Source: Mobula hypostoma (taxonomy: Eukaryota). Taken from it: a DNA stretch of 64,000 bases. A program made the translations under genes and the position numbers. This document shows, in pieces, positions 41,057 to 52,836 of the stretch. Position 1 is the first letter of the stretch. Each line of letters begins with the position of its first letter. The DNA lies in NCBI RefSeq assembly GCF_963921235.1, contig NC_086108.1, forward strand, positions 54,066,001 through 54,130,000. Direction: 5' to 3'. The notes beneath the pieces are model-generated. The model was not told the DNA's origin. It saw nothing but the letters and a program-made list of their open reading frames with translations, and did not search any database.

Positions 41057-41598
41057 GTAGGTAAAATTGTTTCTGCTTTTCTCTTCATAACAAGTCTTTT
41101 GTCGGGTATTTGTTTGCAGAATACTGCAGCCTATACAGTTTGAATTGTTTTGGCAGTTCGATTTGCATTCACCCTACCAAAGCTGTTAGGGGCCCCCTAG
41201 CTTCATGAGTTTCACAGCTGCCTGCCAGATTCTTTGGACCAAAGTAATATTTAGCTTGTGCAGCTTGTTACCATCAAGTTGGAAACCCTGAATGTATGAT
41301 TCCTTGTTTGTGATAAATTTGTCCCTGCATACATCTTGATGCGATTGTGGAATTTTAATTGTGGTTTCACCACTCTGTTGCTTTTTCTTACCTTGATTGA
41401 AGGAGGTAAACTCTTTGAAGGTGTCCGTACCCCCCCACCCCCCACACACACACACTCACACTCACACCATAACTAAGACTAGACATACTATCCAAAGTGG
41501 CAGTAAAATTTATCTGGGAACGTCCACATTTCAATCCTGCTTCACGTTGGGTTTATGTGAATTGAGGACTTCTTGGAAAGTGAGGTAAATAAAACAGT

Positions 41599-42441
41599 AA
41601 CACACATAAAAATTGCTGGTGAACGCAGCAGGCCAGGCAGCATCTATAAGAAGAGGTACAGTCGACGTTTTGAGCCGAGACCCTTCGTCAGGACTAACTG
41701 AAAAAAGAGATAGTAAGAGATTTGAAAGTGGGGGGGAGGGGGAGATCTGAAATGATAGGAGAAGACAGGAGGGCGAAGGGATGGAGCTGATAGCTGGAAA
41801 GTTGATTAGCAAAAGGGATGTGAAAGGATCATGGGACGGGAGGCCGAGGGAGAAAGAAAGGGGGAGGGGGGAAGCCCAGAGGATGGGCAAGGAGTACAGT
41901 GAGAGGGACAGGGAGAAAAAGGGGAGAGAGAGAGAGAAAAAAATAAATTAATTAAAAAACCTCCAACCTGATGGCATGAACATTGACTTCTCTAACTTCC
42001 GTTAATGCCCCACCTCCCCTTCGTACCCCATCCGTTATTTTCTCTCTCTCTCTCTCTCTCTCTTCCTCTCCCCCCCCCCCCTTTTTCTCCCTCTGTCCAT
42101 CTCACTCTACTCCTTGCCCATCCTCTGGGCTCTCCCCCTTTCTCCCTAGGCCTCCCGTCCCATGATTCTCTCATATCCCTTTCGCCAAATCAACTTTGCA
42201 GCTCTTAGCTCTATCCCTTTCCCCCTCCTGTCTTCTCCTATCATCTTGGATCTCCCCCTCCCCCTCCTACTTTCAAACCTCTTACTATCTCTTCTTTCAG
42301 TTAGTTCTGACGAAGGGTCTTGGCCCAAAACATAGTCTGTACCTCTTTCGATAGATGCTGTCTGGCCTGCTGCTTTCACCAGCAATTTTTATGTGTTTTG
42401 CTTGAATTTCCAGCATCAGCAGATTTCCTCATGTTTATGTC
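41599..42441 (+). mobile_element. Penelope insertion made of a nearly full inverted pLTR pair plus the last ~15 codons of the ORF; 11-bp TSD; hammerhead motifs at 41660-41695(-) and 42303-42338(+) are degenerate
   Basis: aataaaacagt at 41588-41598 and 42442-42452; LQPDGMNIDFSNFR* at ~41961-42005. Confidence 0.9.
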
Positions 42442-44084
42442 AATAAAACAGTTCCAGCTTCAGGATGAGAAATATAAATGAAGATTATTGCTCCTAATTA
42501 CAATGCAATTTGTAGAATAGGATGTGGATGTCGAGCAAGAGTAGAATTGGTTTTGGCAGCATTGTTCACTTCTTGCAGCCTCCATAATCCCTAGCTGACT
42601 GACGCTTGGTGAGTGTATTTACAAATAAACAATGACTAAAGGTCCAGAATGCCACAGGTACACTTTTAGAAGGGGGAAATTTTGTAAGAAGCAATTAAAC
42701 CAATAAGGCATTTTGACAAGAGAAATGATGAACGATCATAAATATTTGCATTAATACTTTTAAAATTTTGTGACACCTAGAGAGATTGCCTACAATTAAA
42801 GATGAGCTGCTCACAGGTCTGTCTTTGAGTTGCTGTCTGTTTGATGCTGTAGAATGGTAAAGCTGAGAGTCAAGTAGGGTAGATGCCATGTTGGGTTCTG
42901 AAATTGACCTATCTGACCTCAGTGGTCAGGAGGTGTGCTTTTCCTCGTAATTCTGGGCAAGTGCTAAACGTTTGTTTAGGCACCTGTGGAGTTTGTGAAG
43001 GAGAGCAGTTTGTTATTGTGGAGATACTGTGGTTGGAGCCAAGGTAACGCCTCATAGTTTTGTTTCACTTTTTCAAGCCAGTGTTATTAGGTAAAGGTAG
43101 TTCAGAGTTTTGACTTCCATTTATTTGAAGTATATTTTCCGGCAACAATGTTTCGTGTTTGCTTTAGGACATGGAGTCATACAGCATGCAAGCGCACCCT
43201 TCAGCTCACTGAATCCGGGCTGACCATCCAGCACTTATTTATGCTAATCAATCTTGCACTAAAGCCATTTTATTCCTTCTCCACATTCCCATCAACTCTT
43301 TCCATATTTTTCCACCTACCAAGTACTGTGGGCAACTTGCAGTGACCAATTAACCTCGAATCTCTCACATAATTGGAAAGTGGAAGGAATTGAACACAGT
43401 TATTGGGAGAAAGTGCAGACTCCACACAGACCCCACTGGAGCTGTGAGGTAACAACACTACCATCTGCACTGCTCGGCTGCCAAGCTGCACCTCTCTGCT
43501 ACTCACAATACTCTGTATAAAATTTGAACCACATAGATAAGGATTTTAATTTGGGAGTTTTTACCGGGCTATCTAATCTCACCCATGTGGAAGAGTTTTG
43601 AATTGGTTCCAGTGTTGTCAATTTAAGCAGTCAGTGTAAAGATCAGTTAGGTTTATCATCACCATCTAGTTTACATATGCAAGGATGTTTTGTCACAATC
43701 AAACAGTCCTTGGTCACAATGTCCCTCCAGACCATTTGATGAAGAATAACCATTGGACTACTGGAATCTAGTCAAGCATTGTCACTTTCTTAAAGAAAGA
43801 GAGAAAAGGAAGGGTTAAAATATTTACATTGATGAAAAGTATTGTTTTGCTTGTTAGCTTTAGCAGTGTTTGTGATTCTGTGATTAAAATTGAGATAAAA
43901 ATTGTGGCTTTTTACATAAGCAACATTTCCATGCTGAAGATTTGATAGTCAAATCAATGTTTTTTATTGCCATGGCAAAGCGAGATTGCAGATGCTGAGC
44001 TAACTGCGGGAAGAACAGTGGATCAGGCAGTGTCTGTGGAAAATAGATAGTCCATGTTTCAGGTCAAGGCTCTTCATTTGGAAT

Positions 44085-44488
44085 AAGACCATAAGATTTA
44101 GAATTAGGCCATCTGGCCCATCGAATCTCCTCTGCCATTCAATCATGACTCATCCTTTTTTTTTGTCCTCCTCAACCCCAGTTCCCGGCCTTCTCCCCGT
44201 AACCTTTGATGCCATGTCCAATCAAAAACCTATCCATCTCTGCCTTAAATACATCCAACGACAGATTCCACAAATTCGCCACCTTTTGGCGAAAGAAATT
44301 TCTCTGCATCTCTGTTTTGAAAGGGCACCCCTCTATCCTGAGGCTGTGCCCTCTTGCCCTAGACTCTCCCACTGTGGGAAACATCCTTTCCACATCTACT
44401 CTGTCTAGGCCTTTCAACATTTGAAAGGTTTCAATGAGATCCCCCCTCATCCTTCTGAATTCCAGAGAGTACAGACCCAGAGCCATCT
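44085..44488 (-). mobile_element. CR1 3' fragment
   Basis: 'LGLYSLEFRRMRGDLIETFQMLKGLDRVD...RARGHSLRI'. Confidence 0.9.
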
Positions 44489-45736
44489 CTAAAATAAAAG
44501 AATATTTTATTTTTGTTGTTTGAGGATATTCTTGATTATGTGCAGTCTTTCTACCACCTCAGCCTAGAATCCTTGTTTGCATTGACCTCTATCAATCATG
44601 TAATGGAAACCTAATATAGCCATCTCTGCTGCAGAAGGTTGTTTTGACGGCATCTTGGGAAGACCCATTTGCTCCATGAATGAACTTAATTTCATCGTTA
44701 TTAAGCAGGAAAAGGGAAATGTATTGATTGTGCAACTCTTCGCTGCTACTCGGATAATGGAGTAGTTTGAGACCTCAGGAAATGAGACTTGGGTCAACAG
44801 TCAGGCATGGGCTTATAAGTTGCAAGAAACATTGATAAAAGTGCCGGAAGTCCAATCTAAATCAAGAGGATCTAACTGTCCCCCCAGGACATTTTTGTGG
44901 CTTACCATTAACCAGATATTTAATGGTAAATTCCCCAAATGTACTGTGTCTTCAAGTGCAGGTCAGAGGTCATGCATCCTGAGATATGAATCATCTTTGG
45001 ACTTCCTTTAAAGAGTCCCATTGCTTCTGAGGCACAAGACAGGAATATAGTGAACTCATGAGTTTGAATGAGAATGCCTACAACACCATTTAAGCAGGTC
45101 AGAACCAATTTAGAAGCAGCTCACTTGATTGGCACCTCACCCACCATTTGTATCGTTCAGTCATTCCAGGTCCAGCACATCTGTGAGAATCGGCACAACA
45201 AAATTTCACGGTAGCTTCCATAAAAGGGACAGGGAAGAGGTGAATGACAGTACCATCATATGCAACCATTCCGTCACTGTTTTTGCATTAGAATACTTAT
45301 TTTCCCTTGCAGCACTGGGGTGTGTCGTGCTCCCGTAGGCAGATGTATTTCAAGAAAGCAGTTCATTGCTACCTTATAAGTTCACTTAGAGACAGGCAAT
45401 TACTATTAGCCTCAATCACTACAGACATCATAGAATGTATGTGGATGCACCCTTGTGTTAATGTAAGCACAGAAGAGAGTGATTTGTTTTCATCTTGCTG
45501 TGTTTGATCTTTCCTCCTGACCTTGTAATTTAATCACCATTAAAGGTGTCTGTGAAATCTCTCTAGCAGATCTGGTGCAGTGCCAATTTGCAACTTCAGC
45601 TCAAACCACTTGATCTGAGAATTCTGCTAACTGAACCTCTGCTGATACGGTGTTAGGTGATTACAAGGAGAGGAAAGGACTAGAATAATGACCAATGGAG
45701 CTAGGTATAAAGCAGAGGGAGGATGCTGTGGAGTTT

Positions 45737-46615
45737 TAGACCATAAAACCATAAGATAAAGGAGCAAAAGCAGGCCATTTGGAGCATCGAGTCTGCTCTG
45801 CCATTCAGTCATGGGCTGATCCAATTCTTCCAGTCATCCCTACTCCCCTGCCTTCACCACATACCTTTTGATGCCCTGGCTAATCAAGAACCTATATATC
45901 TCTGCCTTAAATGCACCCAATGATTTGGTCCCCACAGCTGCTCATGGCAACAAATTCCACAGATTTACCACCCTCTGACTAAAGTAATTTCTCCACATCT
46001 CAGTTCTAAATGGACGTCCTTCGATCCTGAGGTTGTGCCCTCTTGTCCTAGAATCCCCTACCATGGGAAATAACTTGGCTATATCTAATCTGTTCAGGCT
46101 TTGTAATATTTGGAATGTTTCTATGAGATTCCCCCCCTCATTCTCCTGAACTCCAAGGAATACAGCCCAAGACCTGCCAGACGTTCCTCCCCTTTCATTC
46201 CTGGAATTATCCTTGTGAATCTTCTTTGAATCCTCTCCAATGTCAATATATCCTTTCTAAAATAGGGAGCCCAAAACTGCACCCAATGCTCCAAGTGTGG
46301 TCTCACGAGTACCTTATAGAGCCTCAACATCACATCCCTGCTGTTATATTCTGTACCTCTAGAAACGAATGCTAACATTACACTCGCCTTCTTCACAGTT
46401 GACTCAGCTTGGAAGTTAACCTTTAGGGTATCTTACACAAGGACTCCCAAGTCCCTTTGCATCTCTGCATTTTGAATTCTCTCCCCATCTAATTAATAGT
46501 CTGCCCATTTATTTCTTCCACCAAAGTGCATGACCATACACTTTTCAACATTGTATTTCATTTGCCACTTCTTTGCCCATTCCCCTAAACAATCTAAGTC
46601 TCTCTGTAGACTCTG
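45737..46615 (-). mobile_element. CR1 3' fragment
   Basis: 'LYKVLVRPHLEHWVQFWAPY...LERIQRRFTRII'; (TTATGG)-type tail at ~45740-45757. Confidence 0.9.
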
Positions 46616-46757
46616 TTAATGTTAGCTTTAACTAGTTGGGATGTAGGACATGCACATGTACAGTAAATTTTATGTAACTTTTTTAAGAATTTGGAGCACA
46701 AACTGATTTCTGTATGTTTGGTCTTTCCATATCCACTAAAATATTTTCCTTTTTCAG

Positions 46758-46871
46758 CTATTGAAGCAGTTCATTCGATTAAGAGAGCTGTGAGCTAATG
46801 CCAATATTTGGACAGGCTCCAGGGGTTAGTGGAAGTCTGCCAAATCTTTTCCGAACTTGAGCCCAATCAGG
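46758..46871 (+). other. Candidate host exon containing a stop codon (terminal or poison exon)
   Basis: Acceptor 'attttcctttttcag|'; in frame with the 40994 exon it reads LLKQFIRLREL-TGA; possible donors GCT|gtgagc (46789/46790) or AGG|gtatct (46871/46872). Confidence 0.4.
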
Positions 46872-47244
46872 GTATCTTTTTTCATGTATAAGTGAGGATA
46901 GAATTGCATGTTGTAACTCAAGAAGGCTAAGATTCACCAGTAAATATGATCCACTTGATGTAAGGCCAATTAATTTATGGATTTGGCAGGAATTTCCTAG
47001 TTCAGATGCTTACAATTTGATTGCTGATAAAAGTTTGCTGAAAAGTTTGGGTCTTTCAAGAAAATTGCTTTGCTTTTGAGATGATTATTAAGTGTTTTCT
47101 GATCGATTTAATATTTCTGTTTTGAATTATATTTTCCTCTATTACTTCGACTTTTCATGTCACTGCAGTGTAATTTTTTTAATTGAATGCTGGGACTGAA
47201 AGTGCTAGTTGGTAAAGCCCATCAGAATGTATAGACTTTAAAGA

Positions 47245-48437
47245 GCACTGGTGTGGCTTCACTTGGAGTACTGTGAGCAGTTTTGGGCCCCTTATCTTAG
47301 AAAGGATGTGCTGAAACTGGAGAGGATTCAAAAGATGCTCATGAAAATGATTCCAGGATTGAATGGCTTCTCATATGAAGTGGATTTGATAGCTTTGGGC
47401 CTGTATTCACTGGAATTCTGAAGAATGAGGGGTGACCTCATTGAAACCTATCGAGTGGTGAAAGACCTTGATAGAGTTGATGTGGAGTGGATCTTTCCTA
47501 CGGTGCGAGAGTCCAGAACCAGAGGACGCAGCCTCAGAATAGAGGGGCATCCTTTTGGAATTTCTTTAGCCAGAGAGTGGAGAATCTATGGAATTCTTTG
47601 CCACAGATGGCTGTGGAGATCAACTCTTGGTGTACGAGGGGTGATTGATGTTCATGGCCTAAGGTAGAAGGAGTCAATTTTAGAAAACCTAGCACATTTA
47701 TTTTTCAACATAGTCCCCTCCTAAATATACACACTTAGTCCAGTGGTCGTGGAGCATACGTATCCCGTTTTTTTGTAGAAGTGGTCCACGCAGGGGTGAT
47801 TGATAAGTTTGTGACCTATGGTAGAAGGAGATGAGTTATTAACTTCAAACTTCCTGCATTATCACTCAAAGAGTTGACCTGTATGTGCATGTAACGAGAG
47901 CGTCTTGGACCTCCAGGTGGTCCACAGCAGGGGTGATTGATAAGTTCATGGCCTAAGGTAGAAGGAGATGAGTTATACAGCTCTCGTTACATGCACATGC
48001 AGTTCAACTCTTTGAGTAAAAATGCAGAAAGTTTGAAGTTTCTCTTCATCTCCTTCTACAAACGTACTTTAGGCTACAAACTTATCAATCACCCCTGCTG
48101 TGAACTACTTCTGGAGGTCCAAGACACCGACTTCTACAAAGAAGGGATCTGTATGCGCCATGACTGCTGGACTAAGTGTGTAAATGTAGGAAAAATAAAT
48201 GTACTAGGTTTTCTAAAATTGACTCTTTCTACTTTAGGCCACAAACTTATCAATCACCCCTTGTGTATGTAAGGCAACAGTTGATAGATTCTTGTTTGGC
48301 CAGGGCATGAAGGGATATGGGGAGAAGGCAGGAGTCTGGGGTTGAGAGGAAAATTGGATCAGCCATGATGAAATGGCAGAGCAGATATAATGGGCCCAAT
48401 GGCCTAATTCTGCTCCTAGATCTTACGGTCTTATGGT
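47245..48437 (+). mobile_element. CR1 3' fragment split by a mariner-like MITE
   Basis: 'MRGDLIETYRVVKDLDRVDVE...RTRGRSLRI'; 3' UTR resumes at ~48266 and ends 'tcttacggtcttatgg'. Confidence 0.88.
47635..48263. mobile_element. Palindromic mariner-like MITE with internally reiterated TIR motifs
   Basis: TA|cgaggggtgattgat...ggcctaaggtagaaggagtcaattttagaaaacctag at the left end and its reverse complement at the right end; extra TIR copies at ~47792, ~47929 and ~48047-48096. Confidence 0.8.
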
Positions 48438-48803
48438 ATAGCAGCTAAAAAAAAAAGGAAGTCCATGTGAAAAGAGGAAACAATTCTCTTAAAGCAGCTC
48501 AAGGATAAAGTTAAATTTGGAAGTTTCAAGGGCTAATGATAGACCAGAAGAATGGGAATTTTTCAGGAACATCTTATAAGAAAGTATAGAGCTGGTTTTG
48601 AGGGAATTACCTAAATCTTGTATCAAAATAAGGTTTTCTCTGAATATATGAAAAGAAAGAGTATAGCTAAGGTAAGTAAGAGACCTTTAGGTAAAGAAGC
48701 TAGTGCATTAATAACAACTAGGAAACAGAAGTTATGTTAAAGCAACAACATCAAAGTTGCTGGAGAACGCAGCAGGCCAGGCAGCATCTCTAGGAGGAGG
48801 TAC

Positions 48804-48839
48804 AGTCGACGTTTCAGGCCGAGACCCTTCGTCAGGACT
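48804..48839 (-). ncRNA. Minimal type I hammerhead ribozyme motif, intact
   Basis: Reverse complement AGTC CTGACGA AGGGTCTCGGCCT GAAAC GTC GACT. Confidence 0.8.
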
Positions 48840-48892
48840 AACCGAAGGAAGAGCTAGTAAGAGAGCTCTTCTTACTTGCTCTTCCTTCAGTT

Positions 48893-48928
48893 AGTCCTGA
48901 CGAAGGGTCTCGGCCTGAAACGTCGACT
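48893..48928 (+). ncRNA. Minimal type I hammerhead ribozyme motif, intact
   Basis: AGTC CTGACGA AGGGTCTCGGCCT GAAAC GTC GACT; predicted cut after 48924. Confidence 0.8.
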
Positions 48929-50515
48929 GTACCTCCTCCTAGAGATGCTGCCTGGCCTGCTGCGTTCTCCAGCAACTTTGATGTTGTTGCTTGAATTTCC
49001 AGCATCTGCAGAATTCCTCGTGTTTATGTTATAGCATTTTGTTTTGAATCGTTATTCACTGTGGAGGATACTGCAGACAGCCAACTGTTAAAAGATGGGC
49101 TGGTTTCAAGTAGCATGGAAAAACTAGTTAAAATCCTCAGTCACAGAGACTAGGTCTTAGAGAAAAAACCTGTGGGGCAAAGTGTGGTCAAGTCACCAGG
49201 ACCGGATGGACTGCAGCCAAGAGTTTTCAAGGTAGTGGTTGTGGACTTAGTGACAGATCAGTTGAAGATTTTGTTGAACTTGTTGAATTCTGGGAGGGTA
49301 CAAATTGATTGAAAACAGCCAGTGAGGCTTCCTTATTCAAGAAGGAAATGAAGAGACAGATAACTACAAGCCAATCAATTTAACATCTATGGTTAGGAAG
49401 GTGCAAAGAGCAATGATTAAAAGAGATTCAGAAAGCCAATCATTTGTAGCATAGGAAGCAAACCATACTGGAATATCTTGAAGCATAGCTTTAACTTTGA
49501 TTGTACTTCAGTTGTATGTTAAATGTCATTTTGTCTTAATGGTTTTAGATGACTTAATGGTTCCTCCAGTATTGTGTGTGTGTTGCTTTATATTTAATGG
49601 TTTTGAAGTTTGTTTGTATTTTATACCATTATAGAAGAAGATGCTTTTGGAGGAATAGTTTCTTTTAAACTGATGCATAATCTTATAACTTGAGCTGTTT
49701 AGGTGGAACTAATTATTGTTAAACAAGAATGAGGAGACTCAAAATCAATAAGATACTCCGAAGCTCAATATTGCAAACAAAGGCTACTCATTCCAGTTAT
49801 CCCTCATCTCACTATAAAGCAGTAAGCTAAAACAAATAAAGCCTCCCTAGAAGTAAGTGATGAGGGAACTCTAGCTTTTTTTTAAGGAGAAAGGGACTTG
49901 TGATAATGTATGGGATTAAAAGTTAAAGGAGCTGACTGAGATCAAATACTTAATTTAAGCGACACTTTAATGTCTCAGGCTCATAGTTAGTGACTTAATT
50001 AGAAGGAAGGCTTTAGACTAAAATTGAACGATGGGAAATGAAAGATGCATGAACATTGCGGTAATTTCTTCAGAGTTGGAGAGGTACTGATAGTCAAGAC
50101 AATTCTGCACTTCCCACTTAATAAGCCTCAATAAGTGAAGGTTAATGAGTTATACAGCTCATCTGAGAAAAATAGATGTTGAATTTTTGTGTTTGCAAAC
50201 TGCGCGACAGCATTGCTATTAATAGAGAATATGAACTGGGAACATGAGATCTGAGTCCAGTGACATGACTGTAGGTTCAGAATGCTTGAAAGCAAGTGAG
50301 GAACAGGTGATTGACCTCCAAGAATGTGCTGCAGTACCAGCCAAAATAATAATTCCTTCATTAGGTGATCTTCCTGCTTTAACACTAAATTGTACAAGCT
50401 TCTGTTCGTGTGAAGATACATACAGCGTGAAGAACCTTTTACCTGACAATGATTTGAATGACTTAATGTAAGAACCCTATATTATGGAAGGAATATCTTT
50501 GTTGCATCATGTATA

Positions 50516-52836
50516 AATTGAATTGACTTTATTTCTTACATCACATACATGTGTAATTCACATGTGATGTGCGATTTACAGTAATTTGTGGTAAATAGTA
50601 TGTACAACCGGACAGAAATACAGTTGTATCAGCGTGAGTCAATCAGTCTGATGACTGGTGGAAGAAGCTGTCTCAGAGCCTGTTGGTCCTGGCTTTTATG
50701 CTGCGGTACCATTTCCCAGATGGTAGCAGGGCCCTTTTTACGCACCTCTCTCTGTGAATGTCCTGAATAGTTGGAAGTTCACATCTGCAGATGCGCTGGA
50801 CAGTTCGCACCACTCTCTGCAGAGTCCTGTGATTGAGGGAAGTACAGTTCGCATACCAGGCAGTGATGCAGCCAGTCAGGATGCTCTCATTTGTGCCCCT
50901 GTAGAGTCTTAGGATTTGGGGATCCGTGCCAAATTTCTTCAACTATCTGAGGTGAAAGAGGCGCTGTTGTGCCTTTTTCACCACACAGCCGGTATGTACA
51001 GACCACGTGAGATCCTTGGTGATGTTTATGCCGAGGAACATAAAGCTGTTTACCCTCTCAACCTCAGATCCATTGATGTCAATAGGGGTTAGCCTGTCTC
51101 CATTCCTCCTGTAGTCCACAACCAGCTCCTTTGTTTTTGCAGTGCTGAGAGAGAGGTTGTTTTCTTGACGCCACTGTGTCAGGGTGATGATTTCTTCTCT
51201 GTAGGCTGCCTCATTATTATTTGGGATTAGGCCAATCAGTGTAGTGTTGCCAGCAAATTTAATTAACAGATTGGAGCTGGGGGTGGCAACACAGTCATGG
51301 GTATACAGAGAGTAAAGGAGGGACCGGACACAGCCCTGAGGGACACCTGTGTTGGGGGTCAGAGGGACAGAGGTGAGGGAGCCCACTTACCACCTGCTGG
51401 CCATCGGACAGGAAGTCCAGGGTCCAGCTGTACAAGGCAGGGTGAACGCCAAGGTCTCTGAGCTTCTTGTCAAGCCTGGAGGGAATTAAGGTGTTGAATG
51501 CTGAACTGAAGTCCAAGAACAGCATTCTCAAATAAGCATCCTCCTTCTCCAGATGTGTAAGGATGGTGTGTAGAGCTGTGGCTATTGTGTCATCTGTCGA
51601 TCGGTTATGTTGATAGGCAAAATGTAGGGGGTTCAGTGTGGGTGGCAGCATGCCACAGATGTAGTCCTTGACCAGCCTCTCCAAGCATTTGCTTATTATT
51701 GAGGTGAGTGTGACAGGATGCCAGTTGTTCAGACATGTTACCTTGGTCTTTTTAGGTACAGGAACAATGGTGGATGTTTTGAAGCAGGAGGGCACTCTAT
51801 ATTGGGAAAAGGAGGGATTAAAAATGTCTGTAAACACACCTGTCAGTTGTGCTGCCCACATCCTGAGTACCCGCCCTGAGATGTCGTCCAGTCCCGCAGC
51901 CGTGCCACTGTCCACTCGTTGGAAACACCTGTGTACTTCAGCCTCAGAGATGACCAAGGTGCAGGTCGCTTCAGCGGCTCTCCTCAGGGGCTCAGTGTTG
52001 GTGACATTGAACTGAGTGTTAAAAAGATTGAGCTCATCTGGGAGAAAGGCAGCGACATTGGGAGCACCATCGCATTTAGCTTTGAAGTCTGCGATGGTGT
52101 ACAGACCTTGCCATAAGCAGCGTGTGTTGTTGGTGGAGAATTGTGTCTGCATCTTGTCCCTGTATTGTTGTTTCACTGCCTTAATGACTTTGCACAGATT
52201 GTAGCTGCATTTCTTGAGCTCCTGCTGATTACTGGCAACGTAAGCTCTGTCTCGCATGCTAAGTGCTGCTCGCATGGAACTGATGATCCAGAGTTTCTGG
52301 TTTGGATAGACCCTGACCGGTTTCTGGGGGACAACATCCTCAATACACTTTCAGATGAAACTCATGACTCCATCTGTGAACTTGGAGACATCCTCATCAC
52401 GAAAGATATTCCAGTTGACGTCATCAAAGCAGTCCCGTATCATGGAGACCCATTGATCAGACCAACAGTGGACGGTTTTAACTATGGCCACCTCTTGTTT
52501 CAGCTTCTGCCTGTACATCGGCAGCAGCAAAATAGAGGAGTGATGGATTTTGCAAATGGGAGGTGAAGGAGCGTTTTGTAAGTGTTGCGGAAGGGAGAGT
52601 AGCAGTGGTCGAGTATACTATCTCCCTGTGTGCTCATCTGGATGTGTTGACAAAACTTCAGAGACTTTAGACAGTGTATTAAAGTCTCCGGCGACAGTGA
52701 AGTCGGCCTCTGGGTGTGCATTCTCCAGGGTGCTGATGGTCTCGTACAGTTCGTTCAGAGCCAGGTCAGTATAAGCCTGGGGCGGAATATACACAGCTTT
52801 GATTATTGATGCTGTGCATTCAAAATGGCAGTCCAC
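50516..52836 (-). mobile_element. Rex1/Babar LINE, 5'-truncated, EN-RT pseudogene
   Basis: 'AVYIPPQA', 'VAGDFN', 'ILDHCY', 'KAAG.D'-like, 'FKTSTIVPVPKK', 'FLDFSSAFNT', 'GVPQGCV', 'IKFAGNTT' (FADD mutated), 'TGCITAWY'; AATAAA plus (CAATT)n tail. Confidence 0.93.

Larger units (their letters stand above)
48740..49023. mobile_element. Young fold-back Penelope pLTR insertion (near-perfect ~253-bp palindrome plus 3' tail) with an 8-bp TSD
   Basis: Arms 48740-~48863 and ~48869-48992; ttatgtta at 48732-48739 and 49024-49031. Confidence 0.92.
48500..49430 (+). mobile_element. Ancient CR1 RT remnant that hosts the palindromic PLE insert
   Basis: 'aagtcaccaggaccggatggactgcagccaagagttttcaag' (KSPGPDGLQPRVFK) and 'aactacaagcca' remnants. 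Confidence 0.6.

Noticed and set aside
46791..46793. In-frame TGA as possible selenocysteine
   Set aside because: No SECIS was identified, there is no redox motif, and a TAG follows 12 codons later
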